From: Amphiscolops sp. MND2022
Taxonomy: Eukaryota
Length of the DNA stretch: 64,000 nucleotides
Direction: 5' to 3'
NCBI GenBank assembly: GCA_964187785.1
Contig: OZ076419.1
Coordinates: 24,924,001 to 24,988,000 of the forward strand
A program made the position numbers and the translations under genes. Shown here piece after piece: positions 11,819 through 22,322 of this stretch; position 1 is the stretch's first letter, and each line of letters begins with the position of its first letter. Below the pieces are notes generated by a model, which did no database searches, was not told the origin of the DNA, and worked only from the letters and a program-made list of their open reading frames with translations.

Positions 11819-14800
11819 TTATTGTTTTTCCGGGCTCTGGTCAATGTTGGTTATCATCACATTGTGACCGTAGAATTCAGTTTTATTTCGGCTCCTTTCC
11901 CCCCTTCTTGGCTCAGCCCTTTCTCTTTCTTTTTCTGCCTTGGGTTGGTTCTGCTCATTCTTCTCTTCATGCGCGGTAGTTGTTTCTTCATTTTGCATGT
12001 TCTTCTCTTCGTCTGCGTTGATTGTTTCTTCTTCAGTGTCTGAATTTTCAGATTGTTCCCAGATTGTGGGTTGTTTTTCGGTTTTGTTTTTCTTTTGTTT
12101 TTGTTTTCTCTTCGCTATTTTCTCCTTGAACTGTTTCATTGCCGGCGCTTTCTTTTCGTTCTGTCTTTTGATTGGCTCGTGCGTGCGTTCAGCTTCTGCA
12201 TCTGGCGGTAAGCTTTGGTTGCTTGTCTCACTTCTATTTGCTTGCTCGCTTGTAGTTGGCAGCTCCACTATTTTCGTCTGCTTTCTCTTATCTGCCTCTT
12301 TTGAGCAGCATGGCTGGTCTTCGTTATTGTATCCGATGTCTCTTTTTGACAGGACCGATGGATTGTTGCTACCTGCGGGTAGGAACGTGATTGTGTGGTT
12401 CGACTGTTCTAAAAGCACGCCCTTTCTTTTCTTGAAGCTGCCTTCTAGCTTGCTTCCCCTGGCTCGTTCTCTTACTAGTATTGTTGAGTCTTGGCCACTC
12501 TCGAAGTCCGTCTCTGTGAGGGGAAATTCTGGGTTTTCTGAAATGAATTTGTCACGGTTTATAACTAGTTTCTTTATCGTGTTCGGTTCTACTCCAGTGT
12601 ATTTTTCAAATGGCGATTTTCCTGTTCTTGATGGGTTCATTCTCAAGGCAAATAATATTTCCGATAACCCAGACTTATCTCTCTTTACCACTATTTCCTT
12701 ATTTGTTCTTAACCGTTCGTTTATTGTTCTGATCAGCCGTTCGATTTTTCCGTTTCCACGGTGATCGCTTATTGGGCACTCGATATGTTTTATCAGCCAT
12801 TTATTACAAAATTCCTTGAATTTTCTACTTCGAAAAATTGTGGCTGGGTCCGTCCTAATTATCTTGGGGATCCCGTGTCTTGATATATAGTTTCTCAAAA
12901 ACTCTATTACATTGTCAGTTGTTGGCTTGCTTAAGAATTTTGCTTCTGGCCAGCCTGAAAAATGATCTATTGAGACTAATAAGTATTTTCTTGCATGAAT
13001 TGCATTTTGAAATGGGCCCGCGAAGTCTATTGCTATCTCTTGATTATTTTCGGAGCAACTAGGTAGTTTACCAACTTGTTTTTGCCTTAGTATAGTTTTA
13101 ATATTCTTACCGGCGTTACAGCATTGTGGGCAGTTCTTTGCGATTGTTACTACTTCTCTGTGTAACTTCGGCCACCATACATTGCTGACTGTGGCGAGCA
13201 TGCTATCCCTACCGGGATGGCCATAATGCAGTGACCGCATAATAATTGGTCGCAATAATTTTGGAATGACGAGACGCTCGTCCATGTACATAAAGTCGTG
13301 GTTGTCTAAGCTAAGGCATCGAAACTTTTCGCGCCACGGTGTTGGCAGTCGATTTATTTTGGTTGCGTCTGGCTTTTTTATTAGCCCAATTACTTTTTGC
13401 AGAAACTCGTCGGATTCATATTGTGAGGCAAATGTAAAGTTGCCCAGAGATTGTAGAACCTCGATTTGGTTCACCGAGTAGCATTGTGGCGTTTTTATGG
13501 GTGGCTTGTTAGCCTCTTGTATTAGCTCGTCGCTCATTTGATCACTGTCGCTGGAATTTGCTTTATTGTTAATCTGTTCGCTGTCGCTTGAATTCGCACT
13601 GTAATTGCTTTCTTGCGCGCTTGTTATGGTTGCTGCTATTTGTTTAATTGTTTGTTTATTTGCACTTGTTATCTCGCTCACTTTCTCCGCCTTCACCTTC
13701 GCGTGCCGTTCGCTCGAAGTTGCCAACTTCTCGCTCATTGGCTGTTTTGCTTCTTCTCGTTGAATTCTATTGGCTGTGTCTAAAACAGAATTGGATTGTT
13801 TAGTTATTTCATTAACGGTGAACCAATTGTGCCATAATTCCTCTGCTTTAATTTTGTTATCGTTACCCTTACTTTCCGACGGATGCCGAGACAAATAATC
13901 AGCCATTCCCATTGTGCGTCCTGGGGCGTGGACTACCCTGAATTGGAATGGAAGTAGCCGATCCACCCACCTAGTAAGTCTCGACGAATATGTTTTATTT
14001 CCTCTGTTACCTCTTAGTATAGTCGTTAGGGCTTTATGATCTGATACTACCTCGAATTCTGTGCCGTATACAAAATTTCGGAAATATTCCACGGCCCATA
14101 CAACGGCCAACAATTCTAACTCGTTGATCGAGTATTTTTGTTCAAACTCCGTCAAAAATCTTGAAGCGTAGTGGGTCGTTTCCCAACCTTCTTCTTGTTC
14201 CTGTTGTAACATCGCCCCCAGCCCTTCTCTGCTAGCATCACATATAATTCTTAGGGGCAGGTCTCTTTTGAAGTGTTTCAGCTCGGTGATCTTTCGAATT
14301 GCTTCTTTTATTTTCTCGAAAGCTTCTTCATGCTCTTTTTCCCACTTCCATTCGTTATCGTGTTTTAGGAGAGGTCTCAAAGGTGCACATATGTTGGCTA
14401 GGTTCGGTATAAATTTATTTAGCTGATTTATTGCCCCCATGAAGGACCGCAAATCTTTTAAATTCTTTGGTCTTAATTTCTCAGTGATAGCCTGTACCTT
14501 TTCGTTGATGGGCTTTATTCCTTCAGCCGACAGTATGTATCCCAGCCATTCGGTTTCTCGTTTGGCTATCATGCACTTTTCTATTTTCAGCCTGACTCCT
14601 GCTTCATCTAACACTTTGATGGTTTCTTCCACTTTCTTCAAGTGATCGTCTTTTGTCCCTTTTGTCACGATTAGTATATCATCGATAAATGTGAATGTAT
14701 TATTTAGTTCGTGTAAGTTGTTGTCCATGATTTTCTGGAATTCTGGGGGCATTGTAGTTAACCCGTAAAATCCTGTGTTGAATGCGTATGTGCCCGTTGT

Positions 14801-16675
14801 TTCTCCTCCCACAATTTGGAAGTTGCAGTGCTTCGCCGTCTCGGGATGTAATTGTGTCTGGCCATATGCGTATTGCATATCTAATGAAGTGAAAAATACT
14901 TCTCCTTCTTGTTTGCTGTTAATTACCTCAGCGATCTTATCCATCAGGCTCTCCAGATCTGGCATTTGATATTTATTCTTCAAAATGGCATTGTTGAGCG
15001 ACCTGGCATCTAGCGCGATTTTGACACTTCTGTCCTTTTTGACCGTAATTACCACCGGTTGTATGAACATCTCATCTGTCACTTTGTCGATCTTCCTGAT
15101 ATGTCCTGCCTCCAGTAGGTTCTTTATTTCTTTGTCCACTGCTTGTTGTAGTTGTAATGGCACTCGTCTGCCCTTCTGTTGCGTGATTTTGGCCCCTTCT
15201 TTGAATTCGATTTTGATCGTGTGTCCGATGATCTTACCTGTTCTTTTAAAAACCTTTGGAAACTTTTTCTGAATTTGTTTTAATTCCGGGGACAATTCCT
15301 CTTTTCTTACAATGTTATTTACAATGTTTTTGCACTCACCTTCATTTTGTTTTTCTGTGAGTCGGTAGTTTAGTTTTGTTAGCCAGTCGCGACCAATCAG
15401 TGACTTCTTCCCGTCTCTTGATATCACTATGCGTGCTCGTGTCATCTTTTGTTTCCCCACTTCTACGTCGACTGTGATGTATCCTACCAGATTAAGTGGT
15501 CTGCCGTTGTAGTCGACGTACTCTTCGTTTTTCGGGAGGGGTCTTGCGAAGATTAGGTCTGTTTTCAGTATTTGGCATAAGTCTTCCTTCGTGAAGATCG
15601 TTATGGGCGACCCTGAGTCTATCATGGTTGAAAATTGTTGTTTATTTATCTTTCCTTTCAACACAAATGGTTTAACACCTACCCCGTTTACGTGTAGTAC
15701 GATGTTGTCCTCGTCCCATTCTGAGCTGCCTCCTGATTGGTCGGCTGATTGTTCAATCATGTTCACTCTCCGCATGTTGCCACTATTTTGATTTCTGCCA
15801 GCTCCGCGCGAGTTGCCAGCTCTTGGTCTCTTGCACATTCTTGCGAAGTGTCCCGTTACTCCGCAGTTTCTGCATTTCTCTGTTTTGGCTTTACATGCTG
15901 CTAAGTGGTTTTGCGAAAATTCGAACCCGCATCGTGTACATGGGTTTCTTGTTGTTCTTCCTTCTACTGCCATTACTGGTTCTGTCTTTATTTCTGCGCC
16001 TCCTGCGAAGTTCTTTTGTTGGCTTATGCCTTCTTCATATGCGATCGCGAATTGCAATGCTTCTTTTGGATTTTCTTTTGGTTCAGTACACAGGCGTTCC
16101 TGTACTGTCTTGTGTCGCATGTTCTGGATGAATGCGTCCATGATAAGTCCCTCTGTTTGTTCGCCAAATTCGCATCTTGCCGCTAATCCCGTGAGGATAT
16201 TCCAGAATTGTCTCAACGACTCATGACTCTGTTGTTTTCGTGCGAAGAATTTGTATCGCTCCAGAGTTCTATTCCTGGGTTTGTAAAACGTCTGCTCGCA
16301 ATTTTCTTTGATTTCTGTTAGTGGTGCTGTGGCTACCGTCATATACGGGAATTTGTCGGTTAGATTCTTTCTGCCGGCCACTCCTAATGATAGGAATAAA
16401 ATGCTGACAACTTTCCGTTCTGCGGCTTGTTCGTTTAGATTGTTTAGTAGTGCTGCCTGTCGTGGGCTGTTTTGGGTAGGTGTTCTGAGTAGCTCGGTAA
16501 CTGATATAGCATGTTTGGCATTTATTGCCATTACGAAGAGTTCCCACCACTTTTCCCATTCTGCTTTAGGTGGTACTTCTGGACACTCCCAATAAGCTGG
16601 CAGTCCCGCCAGAGCTGACGAACTGCTTGTGGTTTGTTTCCCGCTGGATTCAAAAGAATTGTCTCGCAGCGCCAT
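11819..16675 (-). CDS. Gag-Pol polyprotein (1618 aa), Gypsy domain order
   Basis: Gag with two Zn knuckles (CTRCGFEFSQNHLAAC; CRNCGVTGHFARMC). Protease IDSGSP. RT (LDMQYAYGQ, TFIDDIL). RNase H (CDASREGLGA, YSINELELLAVVWA, SDHKAL). Integrase HHCC (HYGHPG...CPQC) and DDE (IDFAGP, RTDPAT, NGKIER). No stops or frameshifts. Confidence 0.96.
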   Translation of the reverse strand: MALRDNSFESSGKQTTSSSSALAGLPAYWECPEVPPKAEWEKWWELFVMAINAKHAISVTELLRTPTQNSPRQAALLNNLNEQAAERKVVSILFLSLGVAGRKNLTDKFPYMTVATAPLTEIKENCEQTFYKPRNRTLERYKFFARKQQSHESLRQFWNILTGLAARCEFGEQTEGLIMDAFIQNMRHKTVQERLCTEPKENPKEALQFAIAYEEGISQQKNFAGGAEIKTEPVMAVEGRTTRNPCTRCGFEFSQNHLAACKAKTEKCRNCGVTGHFARMCKRPRAGNSRGAGRNQNSGNMRRVNMIEQSADQSGGSSEWDEDNIVLHVNGVGVKPFVLKGKINKQQFSTMIDSGSPITIFTKEDLCQILKTDLIFARPLPKNEEYVDYNGRPLNLVGYITVDVEVGKQKMTRARIVISRDGKKSLIGRDWLTKLNYRLTEKQNEGECKNIVNNIVRKEELSPELKQIQKKFPKVFKRTGKIIGHTIKIEFKEGAKITQQKGRRVPLQLQQAVDKEIKNLLEAGHIRKIDKVTDEMFIQPVVITVKKDRSVKIALDARSLNNAILKNKYQMPDLESLMDKIAEVINSKQEGEVFFTSLDMQYAYGQTQLHPETAKHCNFQIVGGETTGTYAFNTGFYGLTTMPPEFQKIMDNNLHELNNTFTFIDDILIVTKGTKDDHLKKVEETIKVLDEAGVRLKIEKCMIAKRETEWLGYILSAEGIKPINEKVQAITEKLRPKNLKDLRSFMGAINQLNKFIPNLANICAPLRPLLKHDNEWKWEKEHEEAFEKIKEAIRKITELKHFKRDLPLRIICDASREGLGAMLQQEQEEGWETTHYASRFLTEFEQKYSINELELLAVVWAVEYFRNFVYGTEFEVVSDHKALTTILRGNRGNKTYSSRLTRWVDRLLPFQFRVVHAPGRTMGMADYLSRHPSESKGNDNKIKAEELWHNWFTVNEITKQSNSVLDTANRIQREEAKQPMSEKLATSSERHAKVKAEKVSEITSANKQTIKQIAATITSAQESNYSANSSDSEQINNKANSSDSDQMSDELIQEANKPPIKTPQCYSVNQIEVLQSLGNFTFASQYESDEFLQKVIGLIKKPDATKINRLPTPWREKFRCLSLDNHDFMYMDERLVIPKLLRPIIMRSLHYGHPGRDSMLATVSNVWWPKLHREVVTIAKNCPQCCNAGKNIKTILRQKQVGKLPSCSENNQEIAIDFAGPFQNAIHARKYLLVSIDHFSGWPEAKFLSKPTTDNVIEFLRNYISRHGIPKIIRTDPATIFRSRKFKEFCNKWLIKHIECPISDHRGNGKIERLIRTINERLRTNKEIVVKRDKSGLSEILFALRMNPSRTGKSPFEKYTGVEPNTIKKLVINRDKFISENPEFPLTETDFESGQDSTILVRERARGSKLEGSFKKRKGVLLEQSNHTITFLPAGSNNPSVLSKRDIGYNNEDQPCCSKEADKRKQTKIVELPTTSEQANRSETSNQSLPPDAEAERTHEPIKRQNEKKAPAMKQFKEKIAKRKQKQKKNKTEKQPTIWEQSENSDTEEETINADEEKNMQNEETTTAHEEKNEQNQPKAEKERERAEPRRGERSRNKTEFYGHNVMITNIDQSPEKQ
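16663..16674 (-). promoter_or_regulatory. Primer-binding site TGGCGCTGCGAG (probably tRNA-Ser)
   Basis: Starts with TGG immediately after the LTR CA. The complement CTCGCAGC-G-CCA reads as a tRNA 3' acceptor strand with a G discriminator, as in eukaryotic tRNA-Ser. The tRNA identity is inferred. Confidence 0.8.
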
Positions 16676-16867
16676 GTTGTAGCTATGCTATCTCGAAGGA
16701 GAATCAAAACAATAGAGCTGTTAATACTGTATTGTATGTAGACCATGTGGCAAATGGCCGTTCTCACTTTTCTTGTGAGCACTCTTTTTGTTGGTAAACA
16801 ACTTTAATAAAGTGTTACACAACCAGTCTCTTTTTCGTTTGAGTGTTCGAGAGTGCACTCTCTCACA
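16675..16867 (-). repeat. 5' LTR of the intact Gypsy element
   Basis: Minus strand TGTGAGAGAG...GCTACAACA, directly followed by the PBS; matches 11367-11559. Confidence 0.96.
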
Positions 16868-18393
16868 GTTAGTTTATTTTGTATCATTATTGAGGTTTGA
16901 TTAATATTGTCTGAAACATTCTGTCACTTTTTTACCTTGAGATTGAAAAGCAAGTGGACAAAAGCGTTCTGAAAATTTTTGAATTATACCGTAGAGCAAA
17001 TGTATACAAGACATATGTTATTAAGGTTTTTTATCAAGGATTTATCTAGTCAAGGTGAGCATATAAGATGGCACGAGTTTCGCACTCGGATTCAATTCTC
17101 TGAGCGCTCTAAAACATGTATTGGGATGGCTACAAAAATTACATTGAGAAATTTGGTGTTGTTGGTTCAAGGTAGAGTTTTTCTACAGTTTTGAGACGTT
17201 TTTCAAGATGATTGGATTTGTTTATTGCTGTTTTGTGCATTGGAGTTGCGTCATTTTAGAACACCAGTGTATATCGTTTCCTCAACTTCCCTTCAACTGA
17301 GCCTATTCCATCTGTATATGTTCAGTCCTGAAAAAGCTAATGCTTGCTGCTCGGTGTACTTAATTGCTTCAACTTCAACTGAGTTTCCAAAACATCAAGA
17401 GAATCTCTAATTCGTTGAGACAGAATTTGTGAGCAGCATCGTTTTTTGCAAAATTTGAAGGAGGCTTGCTTTGGTTTCAAATCTTGCAAGAGAAATCTTA
17501 CGAAACGGTTTTTCAAGGTATGCTTGCCATGCATAGAACATAAAAAATTTGATGCCATTTTGTCTCTGAATTTTTAAATTAAAAAATTGCAGGCATTTTG
17601 GCTTTCTTCCATATTTGGTTTTGAAGCATTTGCAGCAGAAGACTGTCTAAAAATTTTTCTTCAAGATCGTTTTTGGCATGTTAACTTACTATACTTGCTT
17701 CCGTTAATTTCCATAGCTCAGCAAAACATTAATTTTTCCAACTAATTGCTAGCTTTGTGTGCGATCTGAATGACTCCCTTTGTACTGAGTTTATTACAAA
17801 AGCTGGCTACAACTTGGCCAACAGAGCGCTTCACTGAAAATACAATAAAACTGTTGTGCTTGATTATACATTCATCCTAACATTTCGCTGGTTTCGATGG
17901 TTTTCCAAAGCGTCTCTCCATGTTAGTAATTTGAAGTTACTTGTTATTTCGGCGCTACCATTTTCTTTGAATTGTGGAGACAAATGTTTAGTTGTATTTC
18001 CTTCTTTCACAACAGTGGCTACTCAACATTCTTTGAGTCATCTTTAAGCCCGCTCAAGGCCACAGTTGCATTGCATTTTACACTTAGTCTGGCAAAAAAT
18101 CCGGACTTTTATTGGTGAAAAACGTTTCGGGCATAAAGCGTTTGGCGAATTTCTAAACAAAAAACTGGATATTTTGAAAAATGATGAGAAATATATTTGA
18201 AATTTTTCCGTTTCAATAAACTTCATTCAATCAAAATTATGAACGCTTGCGCCTAGCATTTTTGGTCTTACTTGAAGTAACGTTTTGATAGATTTTAGTT
18301 CCAAAACCAATTTCAACAAGTATTTTGCGACAACTGCCAAAATTGTATTAATTGAAAATTTTGAGCACGCTGCTGATTTTCAGTTCAAAGATT

Positions 18394-19333
18394 CCCAGGT
18401 CGACCCTCCATGGATATGTTAGTAAGATCTTGGCAAGATATTGCCAAGAATTGCAAGATGCCATGGTAAGATCTTATCAAGCGAGCCAGGTTTCCAAGAA
18501 AAATCTTACTAAGAAGCTCAATATGGCAAGAAAAAATGGATACGAACTGCTTGATATCGAGAAAAGGTAGAATCAAAAGACTATTAAATTAAAAGTTATG
18601 CGAAAATAATCTAGATATCACTCAAAACAAAATTACTGGATGATCTTTACAACCACTACAAACCAGAACGACGATAGTTTCTCAAATTCATAACGAAAAC
18701 CCCTGAAAAACCTTGTACTTCGGTTTTCATTCCACAGGAATAAGATCTAACACCACTGAATTGAGAAGGAATATTGCTAGGAATATACATGGAATAAGAT
18801 CTAAAGTTCCCCAAAATTACATTCTCTCCAATTTCATATAGAAAACCCCTGAATGGACCAAAATCAGTGTACGTCGAATCTCATTTCAGTGGATCAGGAT
18901 CTAAAACCATCGATCTTTGGAATAATGACTCAGATCTCTGGAATAAGATCTAAAAGTCCCCCAAAATGTCGATATTTTCGCCAATTTCACCCCAAAAACC
19001 CTTACAAAGTTCCAAAAAAAACCTTGTAGGTCGGTTCTCATTTCACCGTTGTAAGATCTAAAACCACTGGAATAAGGTTTGGATTCACAGAGAATTCACA
19101 GCGTTAAAGACCCGGCAAAAGAATTATTATACGAATGGAGCTATTTTCAGCGTTCTTGATCGAAATTTTGAAATTTTTTCGATCTTAGTAAGATTCGATC
19201 TTGGAATGATGATACATCTTGGTAAGATCTTAGCAAGAATCTTGCAATGGGATCCATGGCTGCCAAGATGTAGTAAGAATTTGGCAAGATCTTGCCATGA
19301 CAGCCAAGATGCTAGTAAGAGGGTCAATACGGG
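18394..19333. mobile_element. CMC-like element family C, copy 1 (inverted, different core)
   Basis: TIR CCCAGGTCGACCCTC / GAGGGTCAATACGGG. TSD TT. Many CAAGATCTTG subterminal palindromes. The core holds about three units of roughly 140 bp containing GGAATAAGATCTAA. Confidence 0.8.
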
Positions 19334-20102
19334 TTATCAGCAGCTTGTTCGAAAACATTAATTTACATGTACTCGGATAGGAAACGGAATTATTTTAGGG
19401 ATATGCTAATTTACTCTGAAAGTGTAAATAACAACAAGCTCAAATATGTAAACTGTGTTCATAGATGATAGGAAATATGTTCTTGAATGGAATAAAATTA
19501 CTAGATAATGCTTTAAGGTTGAATTACCAAACCATAATTCTGATATCAAGCATAGTTCTTGCACTTATTACACAGAAAAATACTCAAAATATTCTGTAAT
19601 TTTGTCCACGAAATTTGAGAAAAGCGTCGATTAGCTCCAATAGATCTTTTCATGTGAAAACTTTGTCGAATTGTCGCTTGTTCATGAATATTCTGCTGAA
19701 ATAACAATCGTCCGGATTTATTCACACACAGAAGCACGAACTTTTAATCTTATTACTGTGGTTGTTAGAAAGCTAATTTTGAGAGAAAAAAATTGATTTC
19801 GAAAGAAGTCACTCACTGCTAGAACCATCAAATCACAACCCGTCGAAATCATCTCTTTTTATCATTTGAGAGAAAAAAGCATTTCTCTTGATGGAAACAT
19901 CACAAAATTCCCAAATAAATCCTACATAGAATCAAAAAATCAATGAATTATCTAAGTCTGATTCTTTTGTAACAAAACGCAGCCATGATCGACGAGAAAA
20001 TTCCTACTGTGAGAACAATTATCACGGGTTCAAATTGCGGGCGCAGGAAATTTGAAACCGATAAAAATAACTGCCAGGAATGAAAGTCTTACTATAAACG
20101 AA

Positions 20103-21033
20103 ACAAGACGTGGATTGTCACCCCGCTTAGAGCCCAAAAAGGGCATTCTCAAAGAAATGCTCATGGTGACTTTTGGATCAATTGCATAACCTTCAGAGTG
20201 GTAAAAATACCCGAAGGCCTCGAAAGACGCTTTTTTTCCAATAAAAACGTCAACAAAGTTTGCCATATAAATTAATGATTTTTTTTCGAAAAAGTCGCAC
20301 AGTGCCGAAAAAACAGAGAGGGGACCCTTTGACAAAGAAAGATATTTAGTCCTCGGCAGATTTCGAACCTTCGGCCGTCTGCTTAGTAAACACTCATCCT
20401 AACTTACTGGCGGCGTGAACAAACTTCAAAAAGTGGACGCTACGCATACATTCTGTGGTCTTACAAAATGCGCCGCCCTAGTCGAGATTGCTTGAACTTT
20501 TTACATGCTGCATGGAGACATGCAGGCTAATTTTTTATAAAACATGGAAAATTCCGGGACCGTGCATGGAAACATTTTGTAGGATTACAATGCAGCCTTT
20601 ACTATTTGAATTAAAACGGAAAACAATTCCACTTCTTCGCCGCAGCGATCACTTTGTTTTCACGCGTAAGTTTCTCAAGCAACTACCTTGTGTAAACACC
20701 ATTAGTCAAATAGCACGCTGAATATGACGCTACTTTGAAACTTATAATGTGACTGAAAATTATTTGCATTGAAAGCGCGGTAAAATTGATTAAGATCTCA
20801 GCTGCTTTCAAAATTAGAACGGCGTCTTTATGAAACCTGCAAAACGTCGCGGCGCAGAATTGCCGCCAAATATAAGATGCAGTTTATAGGCAGCTTGATA
20901 AAATTAAATCGAATCAGTGAAAATTTAATGCATGGACATTTCTTTGAGAATTTTATAAAATCATGGAAAATTAGCTTGGTAACCTACAAAAACATGTAAA
21001 AAGTTCAAGCAGTTCCAACCAGGGCGACTAAAA
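20103..21033 (-). mobile_element. H1 copy (diverged), interrupted by MITE B
   Basis: ACAAGACG start, internal AAAGTCGCACAGTGCCGAAAAA and GGGGACCCTTT modules, end GCGCCG[MITE]ACTAAAA. Confidence 0.6.
20476..21024. mobile_element. CMC-like MITE family B, copy 2 (inverted relative to copy 1)
   Basis: Same TIRs and internal sequence in reverse. TSD CG. Splits the GCGCCGACTAAAA end of a Helentron-like element. Confidence 0.87.
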
Positions 21034-21437
21034 CAGCATTTTACCACTAAACAGTCATTTTGTTTGATCGCTTTTGGGCAAATCTTTCAATCTGTTAGTG
21101 TTAATAATCGCGGGAATTTTGCTACACAGAACCATCGCCCCTCACTAGCCTTTGAAAACGGGTAAAAAGTGAGTTGACGTTAATCCAGATTTCGCCGCAT
21201 ATTTCGGCCGGCTCAAAATAATTCCAAATTTATTACAAACAGAGGAAAGATGAGGATTTCATGAAATTTGGTCGGAAATTAGTAATATCCTTGTCTTTTT
21301 AGGTGCATACGATTTGATTCATCTGTAGATATCAAAAAGTGAAAAAAGGACACTTTACAGAAAATTTCGGAAATATCACATAGAGCACAAACGTAAAAAC
21401 CGCATAACCGGATACATCATACCTTAATTGGAAATAT

Positions 21438-21515
21438 GAAAAATTACAACATTGCTGGGAATCGAACCCCTGCCTTCTGCCTAGCAGCAAGTGAAAAAGA
21501 TAAAAATGCGCTATA
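21438..21515 (-). ncRNA. tRNA-derived (SINE-like) module, same family as 28902-28976
   Basis: Shares AGGCAGAAGGCAG(T)GGGTTCGA and TAGCGCA, with a T-run downstream. Confidence 0.45.
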
Positions 21516-22322
21516 TCCAAAATATTTACCGCATACCCGAACAAAGTTACGCTATACGTTGAATTCCCGCAGTTCATATAAACGGGATCAAAAATTTTTG
21601 CGATGGATTGTTATGTCCAAGCTCCTATCCTCTCTTTGACTGTCTTTTTGTTTAAAAAAATCCAGAATTCTGCCAGTTCGACAATATCACTGCTAAAAAA
21701 AGATGAAAAAGAAAAAATATCACTTCCGAAAGGAAAACATCAATCAAAAATCTTTCTTTTTTACCGTTAAACAAAACGCAATTCAAACTGTCCGTCAAAG
21801 ATTTTTCCGTACACAGCTATCATGGAACTATGTGAGGAAACAGTGATGAGGAAAAACAGGTGTATAGCTTGGCATCGTTTCAGATCCCAATCTCCTGAGT
21901 TCTTAAACTCAAGTAAGCAAAGAAGTGCCGGCTGAATCATCGAGGATAGCCTAATGAACATCAGGAAAATGTGTGTTTTCTCTTTAAGTGGACCCACAAG
22001 TCTGCAAACTAGGAGGACAAAAATTTCAAGAATACTCCGATTTCAGCCATTTTGGTGTCGCACATTTATTTGCTAGCTCTCAGAGTTACTTAGAAATTCA
22101 TAAAGTAAAACATTGCGTTATCGCCTTTTTTCCGGTTTTTCTTGTGATTTCGCCTATTTTCGTTCTGCGAAAGCTACATGTACAAGAATTTTTCAAAAAA
22201 TCGATTCTTTCAACTTCGAGTTTTTTCATCAATTTGATATGTTTGAGTATCTTTTTGTCGTAAATTACCAATCATTTTTTCTGGAATGGCTTTTTCATAA
22301 TCTTGACTCCATTAAATCACTT

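Larger units (their letters stand above)
11367..16867 (-). mobile_element. Intact Ty3/Gypsy LTR retrotransposon (Mag-like), recent insertion
   Basis: Two 193-bp direct repeats (11367-11559 and 16675-16867) with TG...CA ends on the minus strand, identical by eye. 5-bp TSD GTTAG at 11362-11366 and 16868-16872. PBS next to the 5' LTR, PPT next to the 3' LTR, and a single gag-PR-RT-RH-IN ORF. Confidence 0.97.

Noticed and set aside
11940-12764. 274-aa plus-strand ORF antisense to the integrase and its tail
   Set aside because: F/S/L/C-rich shadow of the A-rich low-complexity sense ORF; no motif or own start context. The shorter antisense ORFs up to 16595 are rejected for the same reason.
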